DNA of 64,000 bases from Deltaproteobacteria bacterium (GTDB lineage: Bacteria > Desulfobacterota > Syntrophia > Syntrophales > UBA2210). This document shows positions 20,853 through 30,855 of the stretch, one piece after another (position 1 is the stretch's first letter; each line of letters opens with the position of its first letter). Where the stretch lies: positions 7,318-71,317 of the forward strand of contig JAFGBH010000079.1 in assembly GCA_016933215.1 (NCBI GenBank), written 5' to 3'. The notes under the pieces were generated by a model. That model made no database searches. It saw only the letters and a list, made by a program, of their open reading frames with translations, and was not told the DNA's origin. A program made the position numbers and the translations under genes.

Positions 20853-21851
20853 TTAGTTCCTGCTACCTATGATCCGAAAAATATCAATTTTCCGCTGTAT
20901 CCCCTTCAGTACCATGGGATCCAATTTCTCAACGTTGATAATATTCTTCACCTCCTGATAGGTAGTGTCACACATGAGAATCTGGCTCTTTCTGGCGAGT
21001 CTCTCGAGACGTGCCGCCACATTGACGGGTGGTCCAAAGACGGTATATTCCTTTTTCCGCGACGAACCGAAGATCCCCGCCATGACCTCCCCCGTACTTA
21101 TGCCGATGCCGATTGAGAGTCCTCCATCGCTTTCTGGGAGTTCCCTGTTCACCCTTTCTATCTCCTCCATCATTCCAATCGCACAGCGCACCGCTCTCAC
21201 GGCATCATCTGAATTGGCGATCGGAGCACCGAACACCCCCATAATACTGTCACCGATATGTTTATCCAGAGTCCCGTTAAATTCACAGATAATCTTGTCC
21301 AGCGGCGAGAAATAGCTGATGTTGAGCATACGGGAAAGCTCCTCAGTACTGAGCCTTTCCGACTTTTCCGTAAAACCCCGTATGTCACTGAAGAGAATCG
21401 TTACCTTCTGCCTCTGCGGATACATGTTTCCCACACCCTTTTGCATCTCAACGTAGACCTGCTCGGAGACAAACTGCTTCAGCCTCTTCTTAAGATTGTA
21501 GTCCTTCACCTTCGCCCTGAGCTCAACATTTGAAAACGGCTTGGTTAGAAATCCGTCAATTCCCTCATTGACCGACTCGATGGCACTTTCCATTGTTGCG
21601 TAGCCCGTAAGCATAATCCTCGCAATCTCAGGATTTAACCTCCCAATTTCAACAAGCGTTTCCAGACCATCAATGCCCGGCATCTTGTAATCGCATATAA
21701 CCGTTTCTATCTGGTGAATATTTTCTCTTACAATATCGATTGCTTCACCCCCACCACCGGCAAGGAAAATCGCATAACCATCTCTTTCAAGAACTTTCTT
21801 CAGCGACCTCCTAACTCCCTCCTCATCATCGACAATCAAAAGACCCATCAT
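20853..21851 (-). CDS. Response regulator with class III nucleotidyl (adenylate) cyclase output domain
   Basis: REC domain (LIVDDE...DYKMPGIDG...TKPF), then a cyclase homology domain FSDIRGFT...LDKHIGDSIMGVFGAP...FGPPVNVAARLE. Confidence 0.85.
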   Translation of the reverse strand: MMGLLIVDDEEGVRRSLKKVLERDGYAIFLAGGGGEAIDIVRENIHQIETVICDYKMPGIDGLETLVEIGRLNPEIARIMLTGYATMESAIESVNEGIDGFLTKPFSNVELRAKVKDYNLKKRLKQFVSEQVYVEMQKGVGNMYPQRQKVTILFSDIRGFTEKSERLSTEELSRMLNISYFSPLDKIICEFNGTLDKHIGDSIMGVFGAPIANSDDAVRAVRCAIGMMEEIERVNRELPESDGGLSIGIGISTGEVMAGIFGSSRKKEYTVFGPPVNVAARLERLARKSQILMCDTTYQEVKNIINVEKLDPMVLKGIQRKIDIFRIIGSRN

Positions 21852-24061
21852 AACGACTCCCTCCTCTTGCAGGGCAGCTCAACAGTAAAGACACTGCCTT
21901 CACCGACAATGCTCCGGACATAGATGTCTCCATCGTGTCTCTTTACCACCTCATAGGCGATATAGAGTCCCAATCCCGTCCCTTCCCCCGGCTTCTTGGT
22001 CGTAAAAAATGGCTTAAATATATCACCTATTACATCCTCAGGTATTCCCCTTCCCCCATCCCGGCACTCGATCACCACGGTGCCGGTTTTTTTCATATCT
22101 TTCGTCGTCAGGACAATCCTGCCCCCGTCGTCGGGCAGTCCTTGAAGTGCATTCTTTATAATATTAATAAAAACCTGCCCCAGATTGGCAAAGTTTCCTT
22201 CGATATCCGGCAGGTTTCGATCATAATTTCTCTCGATTTCTACATCATTATACTTGTACTGATTGTAAAGGACCCTGAGGGCATCGTCCAGGACCGTATT
22301 CATATTCACCGGTTCGACATATGTCTGGGTCTGGCGCGACAGGCCGAGCAGACTTTTCACGATATTACTCGCACGGGTCAATTCCTTTAATGAGAAGGTG
22401 AGGTCTTCGATCGCCTCTTCACGATCCTCATTTTTTCCAGTCCCTTCACTCAACGTTTCGAGTGTCGTCTCGATCAGGCTCGAGGCACTCGCGATCGGGT
22501 TGTTCAACTCGTGCGCCGTTCCGGCAACAAGCTGTCCAATAGCCGCCAGGCTCTCCGATCGTATCAGCTGTTTCTGCGTCTTCTCCTTTTCTTCAAGAGC
22601 CTTTACGAGATCGTCCGTTCTGTTTTTGACCTTCTCTTCGAGCTCGAGGTTTATATATTCGATCCTTTCATAGCTTCGAGCATTCTCCAGTGCCACGGCG
22701 CTTTGATTGGCAATCGTTCTTAGAAATTCTATATCTTCCTGTACAAAGAGTCTGCCGCTTTTCTTCTCTCCCAATGCGATAATACCCGTCAACCTCCCCT
22801 TGGATATCATCGGCATGAGTATAACCGCCCTCGACAACCTGAATATGTCATAAATCCCTTGTTTTTGATCCCCCGGCGCCATCCTCTCTGATGCGGACTT
22901 ACTGATGATCTCCCTGTGGTTTTCGAAAAAGCCGGCCACGGGGAGACTCTTCTCTATAGTGATTGTTTTCCTTCTTCCGAGAGGATCCCTCTTCCCTGAA
23001 TAAAGTTCCAGTGATTCCTTCTCGCTTACGTAAAGAAGTATCGCCGCGTCCTGCACACGCAATGCCGACGACAGGGATCCCGTGAGATGATCGATGATCT
23101 CGGAAACCCGGAGAGCCGAGGTCATCACGTCGCTGATTTCCCTGAGAGTCTTTTGATAATCATACCTCCCCCTGTATAACAGGTTGTCGACGAACCGCCG
23201 GATTCGAACATTCATAGGATTGAACAGAAGCACGATAAGGAGAGATAATACCAGGGAGAGCAGGAGTGAATTGACATCGCTATACCCGATGAAGAGTATG
23301 CTGAACAGGTATATGATAAGGACATAAACAAGGGTCAGGGTACCCGTCAGGAGAAAATAGATGGTACCCCGTTTTATCACCTCATCGATATCGAGAAGGT
23401 CATACTTGAGAACACCGGCAGCAAGAAACATCCCCGGTATAAAGCTGAAATTCCCCAGAGGATAAATATTAAAGCCGCTGACAGGCAATGAATTTAAAAG
23501 GATGAGAAGGGCACTGAGACCAAGGCCGGCAAAGACATACTTAATCCTGTTTCTCCTGTGGTTTTCTCCGGCATTTCCGATTTCCAAAAAGAGCGTGTAA
23601 AGACAATAGAGAGCGGTAAAGGCACCGGCGAAGGAAAAGGCATAATAGGCAGGACCGGCCTTTGCGATTGTCCCGAATCGATAGAAATGAAAACCGGTTA
23701 TGAAGTATTCCGTCTGGCTCAAGGCAAGAAAGATCAGACTCGAAACGTAGGCGGCACATTCAAGCCACCCCCGTCCCACGATACCGAGGAAACGATGAAC
23801 AAACCTGATATAAACGGGGATACTGAAGACGAAGAAAAGATAGATCAGCCTGTCAATGGCAAGTGCAAGGGTTTTATCCGTAAGAAAAGAAACCAGCGCC
23901 ACATCGATATTAATGAGGGCACCGAAAAAACATATAAGTGCGAAGAGCCGGTTTGTATGATTCGTGCTTCCCCTGAGAAGGGTAATGAGAGCGAGGGTGA
24001 TAAAGACAAAAAAGCCTGCTACTGGAGGAATCAGGTAGAAATATGATTCTTCAGGAAACAT
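21848..24061 (-). CDS. Sensor histidine kinase (N-terminal ~7 TM region, GAF-like domain, HisKA, HATPase)
   Basis: About 260 aa hydrophobic N-terminus, H-box AGTAHELNNPI, and N/G boxes INIIKNALQ and GEGTGLGLYIAYEVV. 4-nt overlap with the response regulator gene. Confidence 0.85.
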   Translation of the reverse strand: MFPEESYFYLIPPVAGFFVFITLALITLLRGSTNHTNRLFALICFFGALINIDVALVSFLTDKTLALAIDRLIYLFFVFSIPVYIRFVHRFLGIVGRGWLECAAYVSSLIFLALSQTEYFITGFHFYRFGTIAKAGPAYYAFSFAGAFTALYCLYTLFLEIGNAGENHRRNRIKYVFAGLGLSALLILLNSLPVSGFNIYPLGNFSFIPGMFLAAGVLKYDLLDIDEVIKRGTIYFLLTGTLTLVYVLIIYLFSILFIGYSDVNSLLLSLVLSLLIVLLFNPMNVRIRRFVDNLLYRGRYDYQKTLREISDVMTSALRVSEIIDHLTGSLSSALRVQDAAILLYVSEKESLELYSGKRDPLGRRKTITIEKSLPVAGFFENHREIISKSASERMAPGDQKQGIYDIFRLSRAVILMPMISKGRLTGIIALGEKKSGRLFVQEDIEFLRTIANQSAVALENARSYERIEYINLELEEKVKNRTDDLVKALEEKEKTQKQLIRSESLAAIGQLVAGTAHELNNPIASASSLIETTLETLSEGTGKNEDREEAIEDLTFSLKELTRASNIVKSLLGLSRQTQTYVEPVNMNTVLDDALRVLYNQYKYNDVEIERNYDRNLPDIEGNFANLGQVFINIIKNALQGLPDDGGRIVLTTKDMKKTGTVVIECRDGGRGIPEDVIGDIFKPFFTTKKPGEGTGLGLYIAYEVVKRHDGDIYVRSIVGEGSVFTVELPCKRRESL

Positions 24062-24111
24062 GGCCTGCCGAATCCCCCTTCCATCACATGGTAACGAAGC
24101 TTACGAATGGT

Positions 24112-24699
24112 TTAGAAAAGAAATACCGCAGCAGCAAGGACCGATGTGTGTCCCGCGTTTTTTACTATCGCCGACTGTGTTACATTTCTTGTTTTAACAA
24201 TCTTACCGCTGATCTTGAAAATTTCTTCCTTTTCATCCCAGCTTGCATCGATATTGAAATCGATACCGAGTGTCGAGGCCAGCATGGCCGCCGCGAGATC
24301 CTCGGCGTAATCGCCTGACTCTCTTTCGGTTTTCCCGAATGCGTGATGCTCGCTGATATAGCCATAGGCACTTTTATCAGCAGGTATGGCACAGCCGACC
24401 GAGGCCGCTATAAGTCTTCTCGGCTCGTTGCTGCAATTACGGCTCATAACACAGTAGGTTATATTGCCGGGCTTCAGTTCTTTCAAACCCCTCTCCCTCG
24501 ATACCACTTTGCAGCCCGGGGGGAAAATGCTTGAAACCATTACCAGATTGCACTTTTCAATACCCGCACTCCTGAGTGCAAGCTCGAAGGAGTGGAGTTC
24601 CTCCTTATGGGACCCGACTCCTTTTGTGAAGAAAATCTTTTTGGGTACAAAATCATTCACTTTCACAGTTCCTCGCTTATCGATTATTTCTTGAATCAA
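24112..24699 (-). CDS. pdaD: Pyruvoyl-dependent arginine decarboxylase
   Basis: [16 protein letters not shown]...[12 protein letters not shown] (Ser-Ser self-processing region), characteristic of the PdaD family. Confidence 0.85.
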   Translation of the reverse strand: MIQEIIDKRGTVKVNDFVPKKIFFTKGVGSHKEELHSFELALRSAGIEKCNLVMVSSIFPPGCKVVSRERGLKELKPGNITYCVMSRNCSNEPRRLIAASVGCAIPADKSAYGYISEHHAFGKTERESGDYAEDLAAAMLASTLGIDFNIDASWDEKEEIFKISGKIVKTRNVTQSAIVKNAGHTSVLAAAVFLF

Positions 24700-25537
24700 T
24701 ATATCCCATTAGCCTGTATATCAATTTAGCCGCCGTAAAGTCCGGTGCAACCATACCTGGAATGGGGCAGAGTTCTACTACATCAAAACCTCGTATATTG
24801 CAATCAGAAGATACTTTTTTTATCAACCGTAAAAGTTCCCTCCAGCGAATACCGCCCGGCTCCGGTGTACCGGTCGCCGGCATGATCGAAGGATCCAATA
24901 CATCGAGATCGATTGATACGTAGACATCGCCCGAAAGGCCATCGACAACCTCTTCAACCCAATCGGGATTGTCTTCGATCTCGTCGGGCGACAATACTTT
25001 GATGTTATTGTCTTTAATAAAAACAGCTTCCTCTCTGCTCATGCTCCTAATCCCCGCCTGAACCAGGGGACACATCTCGAATATTCTCCGACCCACGGCC
25101 GCATGGCTGAAGGGCGAACTCTGGTAGGAATCCCTCATATCTGCATGGGCATCGAGTTGGAGCACCGAGAGGGACGAATATTTTTCCTTCATTGCCCTCA
25201 CCGAACCGACTGAAATGCTGTGCTCCCCGCCGAGAAGGACAGGTATCTTTTCAACGGAGATAATACCTGCAACTTCCTCGTAGATTGTCGCCAGCATTTC
25301 TTCGGGACCGCGGGCATCAACGGCAAGAGGTGCCCTGGTGTGAATGCCCGAGAGGAAGGTCTCTTTTAAGAGCGCTTCGTCATAGAGTTCGAGATTACAT
25401 GATGCATCAATAATCGCCTCCGGTCCCCTTCGTGATCCCGACTGATAGGTCGATGTCAGGTCATAGGGAACAGGAATGATAACAAAGCGAGAATCGTCAA
25501 ACGAGGAATATCGTGCATCGATGTCTCCGAAATTCAT
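24677..25537 (-). CDS. speB: Agmatinase (ureohydrolase family)
   Basis: Ureohydrolase Mn-site motifs [16 protein letters not shown] and SIDLDVLDP. Adjacent to pdaD. Confidence 0.85.
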   Translation of the reverse strand: MNFGDIDARYSSFDDSRFVIIPVPYDLTSTYQSGSRRGPEAIIDASCNLELYDEALLKETFLSGIHTRAPLAVDARGPEEMLATIYEEVAGIISVEKIPVLLGGEHSISVGSVRAMKEKYSSLSVLQLDAHADMRDSYQSSPFSHAAVGRRIFEMCPLVQAGIRSMSREEAVFIKDNNIKVLSPDEIEDNPDWVEEVVDGLSGDVYVSIDLDVLDPSIMPATGTPEPGGIRWRELLRLIKKVSSDCNIRGFDVVELCPIPGMVAPDFTAAKLIYRLMGYIDSRNNR

Positions 25538-25604
25538 GGGCCGTCACCTTAGAAGAAAAATAAAGAACTCCGGTAACATATCTTAAGGAATCTGTCCAGA
25601 TAAT

Positions 25605-26321
25605 TTAACGGTACGAGAGAAGTGAGAATTCGCCGTCGTCACAGACAAGATAGGAGAAGTGGCAGATCCAGTCACCCAGGGTGGCAAAGGTCTTCATTGT
25701 TCCCTCGTTCACGTGCTCTTCCAAAAGGGGCTGATGACAATGTCCCAGGATCACGGCATCGTAGCCATCATCAAACTTTTTCTCCGAGAAAGACCTCATG
25801 CCCTCGGCAATGCCCTCGGGAGGTCTCGCAAAGTGCCGCCTGCTCATCTTTGACGCTGTTAATGAAATCTTCCACATAAGGGGAACGGGCACGACCCTCT
25901 GAAAATTATAAAACGCCCGGCTTCTCAACACTCTTCTCAAGAGAAGGTAGCTCCAGCCGGACTCAGATGCCGTATCGCCATGAGAAACAAATATCCTCTT
26001 TCCATCCAGAAAAAGCGTGGCGTCCTCGGGAAACACTTTTATATTATGTCTTTCGAAAAAATCGGCGAGAAAAAAATCGTGGTTCCCCTCGAAAAGACTC
26101 ACCGTTACCCCCCCTTCATTTAACTCGAGAATCTTATCAACCATCGGGCGAAAATCGGGGTATATGCGATCTTCCTTACAGAACCAGAAATCAAAAAAAT
26201 CGCCCACGATGAAAAGATGGTCCGTATCGTTTCCGATGGAATCGAAGAACCTCAAAAGATAGTCGTACCCTTTATCTTTTCGACTCTTGATGTGTGCATC
26301 GGAGATAAAGACAGCTCTCAT
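25605..26321 (-). CDS. lpxH: UDP-2,3-diacylglucosamine diphosphatase
   Basis: Calcineurin-like motifs FISDAHI, GDFFDFWF, GNHD and GHCH. Confidence 0.85.
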   Translation of the reverse strand: MRAVFISDAHIKSRKDKGYDYLLRFFDSIGNDTDHLFIVGDFFDFWFCKEDRIYPDFRPMVDKILELNEGGVTVSLFEGNHDFFLADFFERHNIKVFPEDATLFLDGKRIFVSHGDTASESGWSYLLLRRVLRSRAFYNFQRVVPVPLMWKISLTASKMSRRHFARPPEGIAEGMRSFSEKKFDDGYDAVILGHCHQPLLEEHVNEGTMKTFATLGDWICHFSYLVCDDGEFSLLSYR

Positions 26322-26327
26322 CGTACT

Positions 26328-26975
26328 CTACTTGTTTTTTTCTACGAGATATTCTGAGTTTTTGAACATGGCATCGATTTCATCATCGCTTAAACCCGCG
26401 CCGGCCGCTATTATCCGTGCCATATCCCTGTCCATGAGATCATCGGGCGCATGGCTGTCCGTATTCAATACCAGTTTGGCCCCGCACTTCCTTGCCAGCA
26501 TCGCGACATGACCGTTTGTAAGGGAATGTCCCTTTCTCGTGGATATCTCAAGAAATACGGAGTTTTTAGCAGCGAGCCTGACCTCTTCTTCTGTTATGAG
26601 CCCCGGGTGCGCAAGTATGTCGATGGGGGATTCAAGGGCCGCACGATTGGTCCCGGGAATGACAGGCTCAACAATCGTTTCGCCGTGTACCACCACAATT
26701 TTTGCACCCAGGCCTCTGGCGTCTTTTGCAAGTTTCTCGATATCACCGGGATCCACGTGGGTAATCTCTACTCCGGGGAGCGCCACGATGGATCCATGGG
26801 CTGATATCCTCGAACATACCTCTATAATCCTCGGAATTATGAAATCGAAGTTCGAGTGGTCAGCATGATCGGTTATCGCAACCGCCCTATAGCCCTTGAA
26901 GACCGCCCTTCTTGCAAGCTCCGAAGGTACCAGCTCCCCATCACTGAAAATCGAATGCGTGTGAAGATCAATCAT
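26328..26975 (-). CDS. PHP-domain metal-dependent phosphoesterase
   Basis: MIDLHTHSIFSDG... plus downstream His/Asp clusters (ITDHADH, VVHGE, NTDSH), typical of the PHP family. Confidence 0.7.
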   Translation of the reverse strand: MIDLHTHSIFSDGELVPSELARRAVFKGYRAVAITDHADHSNFDFIIPRIIEVCSRISAHGSIVALPGVEITHVDPGDIEKLAKDARGLGAKIVVVHGETIVEPVIPGTNRAALESPIDILAHPGLITEEEVRLAAKNSVFLEISTRKGHSLTNGHVAMLARKCGAKLVLNTDSHAPDDLMDRDMARIIAAGAGLSDDEIDAMFKNSEYLVEKNK

Positions 26976-27153
26976 ATAACCTTCCTTAAATTATGATGAT
27001 TCCCGTTTAACAGATAAGACCGGCAAGGTCAATACGGAGAAACAACTACCCGCCGAGAGCATCACTGCTCGCACGCTTTGTCTATTTTCAAAGTTGTGTA
27101 TCTATGTTATTACTAACGCACCTTGCCCATAAATCGCAACGAGTCATTATTAT

Positions 27154-28350
27154 ATGCACAAAACCATTAACCGATATATTCTGAGAGAAATCTCTCTCCC
27201 CTTTTTCATGATACTCTTCATACTCACCTTCGTGCTCCTCATGGGGAAGATCCTCCAACTCATGGATCTGATGATAAACAAGGGCGTAAGTCTCATTGCC
27301 ATAATGAAGCTCATAAGCTATCTTATGCCCTCCTTTTTTATCATTACCATACCGATATCGCTCCTCATTGCGATCCTCATCGGCCTTGGAAGACTTTCCG
27401 GTGATAACGAGATAACGATCATGAAATCATCGGGAATAAGCCTGTTTCAGCTCCTGAGGCCCATTGCGTCGGCATCTTTTTTCGCATTCCTTGTAACAGC
27501 ACTTATGGGTTTCTTTCTCGTTCCGCAGGGAAACTTCGCCACAAAAACCCTCCTCTTTGAGATAGCAAAGAAAAAGGCAAGCATCGGCATCAAGGAAAAG
27601 GTCTTCAACAACGACTTCGCAGGTCTTGTCCTCTATGCCGACCACATACCGGCTCACGGCAATTATATGGAAAACCTCTTTTTATCTGACTCCCGGATAT
27701 CCGATGAACCGATAACCATCATTGCAAAGAGGGGATATCTCGTTTCAAACCCGAAATCCATGACGGTAACACTGCGGCTCGAAAATGGGAGCAGCTATAC
27801 CATGGATCCGGACTTCAGGGTCTTCAAAAAAATGGACTTCACCACCTACGATATAAATCTCGACGTATCGGCACCGATCGCACGGTCAAAAAACGCCCTC
27901 GAAAAAGACGGGAAGGAAATGACTCTTACCGAACTTATACAAACCATGAGGGATCGAAACGTGAAGGAAAAGAGACGGCGGGAGCTTGCAATCGAACTGA
28001 ATGCTAAATTCACCATCCCCTTTTCCTGCCTTATCTTTTGTATCCTCGGAATCCCCCTCGGCATAGTAAAAGAGCGGTCGGGAAAATCGAGGGGGTTCGT
28101 GATCGGTCTTGTTGTCGTTGTGATCTATTATGTATTACAGTTAGGTGGAGAGTCACTTGCCGAAACGGGGCGACTTGCTCCGATTATCGGAAGTTGGGCT
28201 CCGAATGTCATACTCGGAAGTATCGGGATTATCATGTTCAACATGGCGGCACAGGAACGGCCCGTTCTGCCCTTCGAGGACAAGGCAAAAACACTGTGGA
28301 GGAAATGGAAAGAGAAGATTGCCGCAGGCTCTGAAGGAAAGTACCAGTGA
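27154..28350 (+). CDS. lptF: LPS export ABC transporter permease
   Basis: YjgP/YjgQ family start INRYILREISLPFF, six TM segments with a periplasmic insert, paired with lptG. Confidence 0.85.
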   Translation: MHKTINRYILREISLPFFMILFILTFVLLMGKILQLMDLMINKGVSLIAIMKLISYLMPSFFIITIPISLLIAILIGLGRLSGDNEITIMKSSGISLFQLLRPIASASFFAFLVTALMGFFLVPQGNFATKTLLFEIAKKKASIGIKEKVFNNDFAGLVLYADHIPAHGNYMENLFLSDSRISDEPITIIAKRGYLVSNPKSMTVTLRLENGSSYTMDPDFRVFKKMDFTTYDINLDVSAPIARSKNALEKDGKEMTLTELIQTMRDRNVKEKRRRELAIELNAKFTIPFSCLIFCILGIPLGIVKERSGKSRGFVIGLVVVVIYYVLQLGGESLAETGRLAPIIGSWAPNVILGSIGIIMFNMAAQERPVLPFEDKAKTLWRKWKEKIAAGSEGKYQ

Positions 28351-29426
28351 ACACCCTCGATCGCTATATACTGAGAGAATTTGTAAAGACCTTTTCGCTG
28401 ATAGTCCTGTCCCTCGTCTGCCTCTATCTTATCGTGGATTTCTTTGAAAGAATACGGATGTTTCTGAGCAACGACGCCACTGCCTCTCAGATGGCATCCT
28501 ACTTCATCTTCACCATTCCGATGATTCTCTCCCAGATGATACCCGTCACCTTTCTTCTCAGCACTCTCCTGACATTCGGCCTCCTTTCGAAGAACAGCGA
28601 AATTACCGCCATGAAGGCGAACGGGGTAAGTCTCTACCGGATATCAATGCCCGTTATTGTACTCTCCCTCTTCGTGTGTATATTCGCATTCCTTCTGGCA
28701 GAATTTATAACTCCCTACACCAATCAGAAGGCAAAGCAGATCAAGCTTGTCGAGGTACAAAAAAGGGGGAAACTTGGCAGCTTCAAAGAAAACCAGACCT
28801 GGTACAGGGGGGAGGAGGGAATTTATAATTTCACTCTCTTCGATCCCGAGAAGGCCACGCTCAAAGGGGTAAAGATCAATTTTCTCGATCGTGACATGAA
28901 TCTCACCAGGAGAATCGATGCAAAGGAAGCACTGTGGAATGATGGAACGTGGCTTTTCAGAGATCTCGCGATAACGACCTTTCCCGAGGGTGACTTTCCG
29001 GTCCTCGAGCGGGTATCGTCAAGGATAATCGATCTTCCCGAGAAGCCCGCCGATTTTACTGCAGTTCAGAAAGACACGGAAGAAATGGGGTTCTGGGAAC
29101 TGCGAAAATTCATAAAAAAAGTCAGGTCAGAGGGATACGATGCAACACAGTACATGACTGACCTTTACGGAAAAATAGCCTTCCCCCTGGTCAGCCTGAT
29201 CCTCGCATTTCTGGGCGTTGCTTTTTCTCTCAAATCCGAGAGAAGCGGGGGGGTAGCTCAAGGTGTCGGCACCGGTATTGTAATCGGTTTTTCGTACTGG
29301 ATCGTCTTCGCCTTTTCAGTATCTCTGGGACACGCCGGCACATTGCCGCCTTTTATCGCCGCCTGGTCTGCAAATATCATCCTCGGAGGAGCGGCACTTC
29401 TTCTTTTTTCACGGATCAGGACATAG
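28347..29426 (+). CDS. lptG: LPS export ABC transporter permease
   Basis: LDRYILREFVKTF start and YjgP/YjgQ topology. ATGA-type overlap with lptF. Confidence 0.85.
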   Translation: MNTLDRYILREFVKTFSLIVLSLVCLYLIVDFFERIRMFLSNDATASQMASYFIFTIPMILSQMIPVTFLLSTLLTFGLLSKNSEITAMKANGVSLYRISMPVIVLSLFVCIFAFLLAEFITPYTNQKAKQIKLVEVQKRGKLGSFKENQTWYRGEEGIYNFTLFDPEKATLKGVKINFLDRDMNLTRRIDAKEALWNDGTWLFRDLAITTFPEGDFPVLERVSSRIIDLPEKPADFTAVQKDTEEMGFWELRKFIKKVRSEGYDATQYMTDLYGKIAFPLVSLILAFLGVAFSLKSERSGGVAQGVGTGIVIGFSYWIVFAFSVSLGHAGTLPPFIAAWSANIILGGAALLLFSRIRT

Positions 29427-29530
29427 GCACATAAGTTTCACGTTTCATGTTTGAAGTTTGAAGGTGAAAGATAAGAAAGCGGCAGTCAGTCACCATCGAC
29501 CCATTGCATCACGACAGTGACACTGATACT

Positions 29531-29555
29531 AAAAAACGGCGGGGAATACCCGCCG
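29531..29555 (-). terminator. Intrinsic terminator after ahcY (hairpin shared with the lptG 3' end)
   Basis: CGGCGGG-GAATA-CCCGCCG. On the minus strand it is followed by TTTTTT; on the plus strand only by CTTTC. Confidence 0.7.
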
Positions 29556-29589
29556 CTTTCACTCAATAGTTTAAACGTCCCGTTTTTCT

Positions 29590-30855
29590 TTACGTTCCCA
29601 TCTCCCATGAATTCAGGTACTTTTCCTGCTCGGCCGTCAATGTATCGATTGAAACGCCCATCGAGGCCAGTTTCAACCTGGCAATCTCCTTATCAATGTC
29701 CTCGGGAACACTGTACACGAGTTTCTCGAGTTCTTTGGCGTGCTTCACGAGGTATTCTGCCGCAAGGGCCTGATTTGCAAAGCTCATATCCATGACACTT
29801 GAAGGATGCCCCTCTGCCGCGGCAAGATTGATCAACCTTCCCTCACCCAGAAGATAGACCGATCTGTCCTCTTCCAGCTGATATTCATCGATATAGTCCC
29901 GTATCCTGCCCTTGTACTCTGCGATCTCCTTGAGGCCGTCGATATCGAGCTCGACATTGAAGTGGCCCGAATTGGCGACGATTGCGCCGTCTTTCATCTT
30001 CAGAAAATGCTCTTTTCTGATTACATTAATATCTCCCGTCAGTGTACAGAAGAAATCGCCGATCTCTGCCGCTTCGGCAATCGGCATCACTCTGTAGCCG
30101 TCCATAACCGCTTCAAGGGCTCTCAGAGGATCGACTTCCGTCACGATAACATTTCCTCCCATTCCCTCTGCCCTCATGGCGAGGCCTCGCGAACACCAGC
30201 CGTAGCCACAGACTACAAAAACCGAACCCGCGATGAGCCTGTTCGTTGCTCTGATGATACCATCAATAGTACTCTGACCCGTTCCGTAACGATTATCGAA
30301 AAGGTGCTTCGTTTTTGCATCATTCACGGCGATCAGGGGAAAACGCAAGACCCCCTTTTCTGCCATCGCCTTTAACCTGATGACACCGGTCGTCGTTTCC
30401 TCGGTTCCACCGATGATACCTTCAACAAGGTCCCCGCGGTTTGCATGAATTGTGGACACCAGATCTGCACCATCATCCATGGTAATGTTTGGCGCTCTAT
30501 CGAGTACTGCATTTATATGGGAGTAATAGGTATCCCTGTCTTCTCCCTTGATGGCGTAGACGGGAATCTCATGATATTTCACCAGATAGGCGGCGACATA
30601 ATCCTGTGTACTGAGCGGGTTGGATGCACAGAGTGATACTTCTGCGCCTCCTGCCTTCAGAGTTTCCATGAGGCTTGCCGTTTCCGTCGTTACATGAAGA
30701 CAGGCCCCGAGCCGGACACCGTCGAGCGGTTTTTCCTCGGAAAAGCGCTTCTTTACGCTGTTTAAAACGGGCATGCTTTTATTGGCCCAGTCCACACTCA
30801 GTTTGCCATCTTCTGCAAGAGCCATATCTTTTACATCATAATTCATATCAGACAC
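29590..30855 (-). CDS. ahcY: Adenosylhomocysteinase
   Basis: 421 aa full-length SAHH-like sequence, e.g. [24 protein letters not shown] and a Rossmann segment [10 protein letters not shown]. Confidence 0.95.
   Translation of the reverse strand: MSDMNYDVKDMALAEDGKLSVDWANKSMPVLNSVKKRFSEEKPLDGVRLGACLHVTTETASLMETLKAGGAEVSLCASNPLSTQDYVAAYLVKYHEIPVYAIKGEDRDTYYSHINAVLDRAPNITMDDGADLVSTIHANRGDLVEGIIGGTEETTTGVIRLKAMAEKGVLRFPLIAVNDAKTKHLFDNRYGTGQSTIDGIIRATNRLIAGSVFVVCGYGWCSRGLAMRAEGMGGNVIVTEVDPLRALEAVMDGYRVMPIAEAAEIGDFFCTLTGDINVIRKEHFLKMKDGAIVANSGHFNVELDIDGLKEIAEYKGRIRDYIDEYQLEEDRSVYLLGEGRLINLAAAEGHPSSVMDMSFANQALAAEYLVKHAKELEKLVYSVPEDIDKEIARLKLASMGVSIDTLTAEQEKYLNSWEMGT

Noticed and set aside
29435-29469. 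Five tandem heptamers GTTTCAC GTTTCAT GTTTGAA GTTTGAA GGTGAAA after lptG.
   Set aside because: The tract is short, degenerate and unique in the window. It lies in a convergent 3' gap with no associated gene, so it is probably slippage noise.
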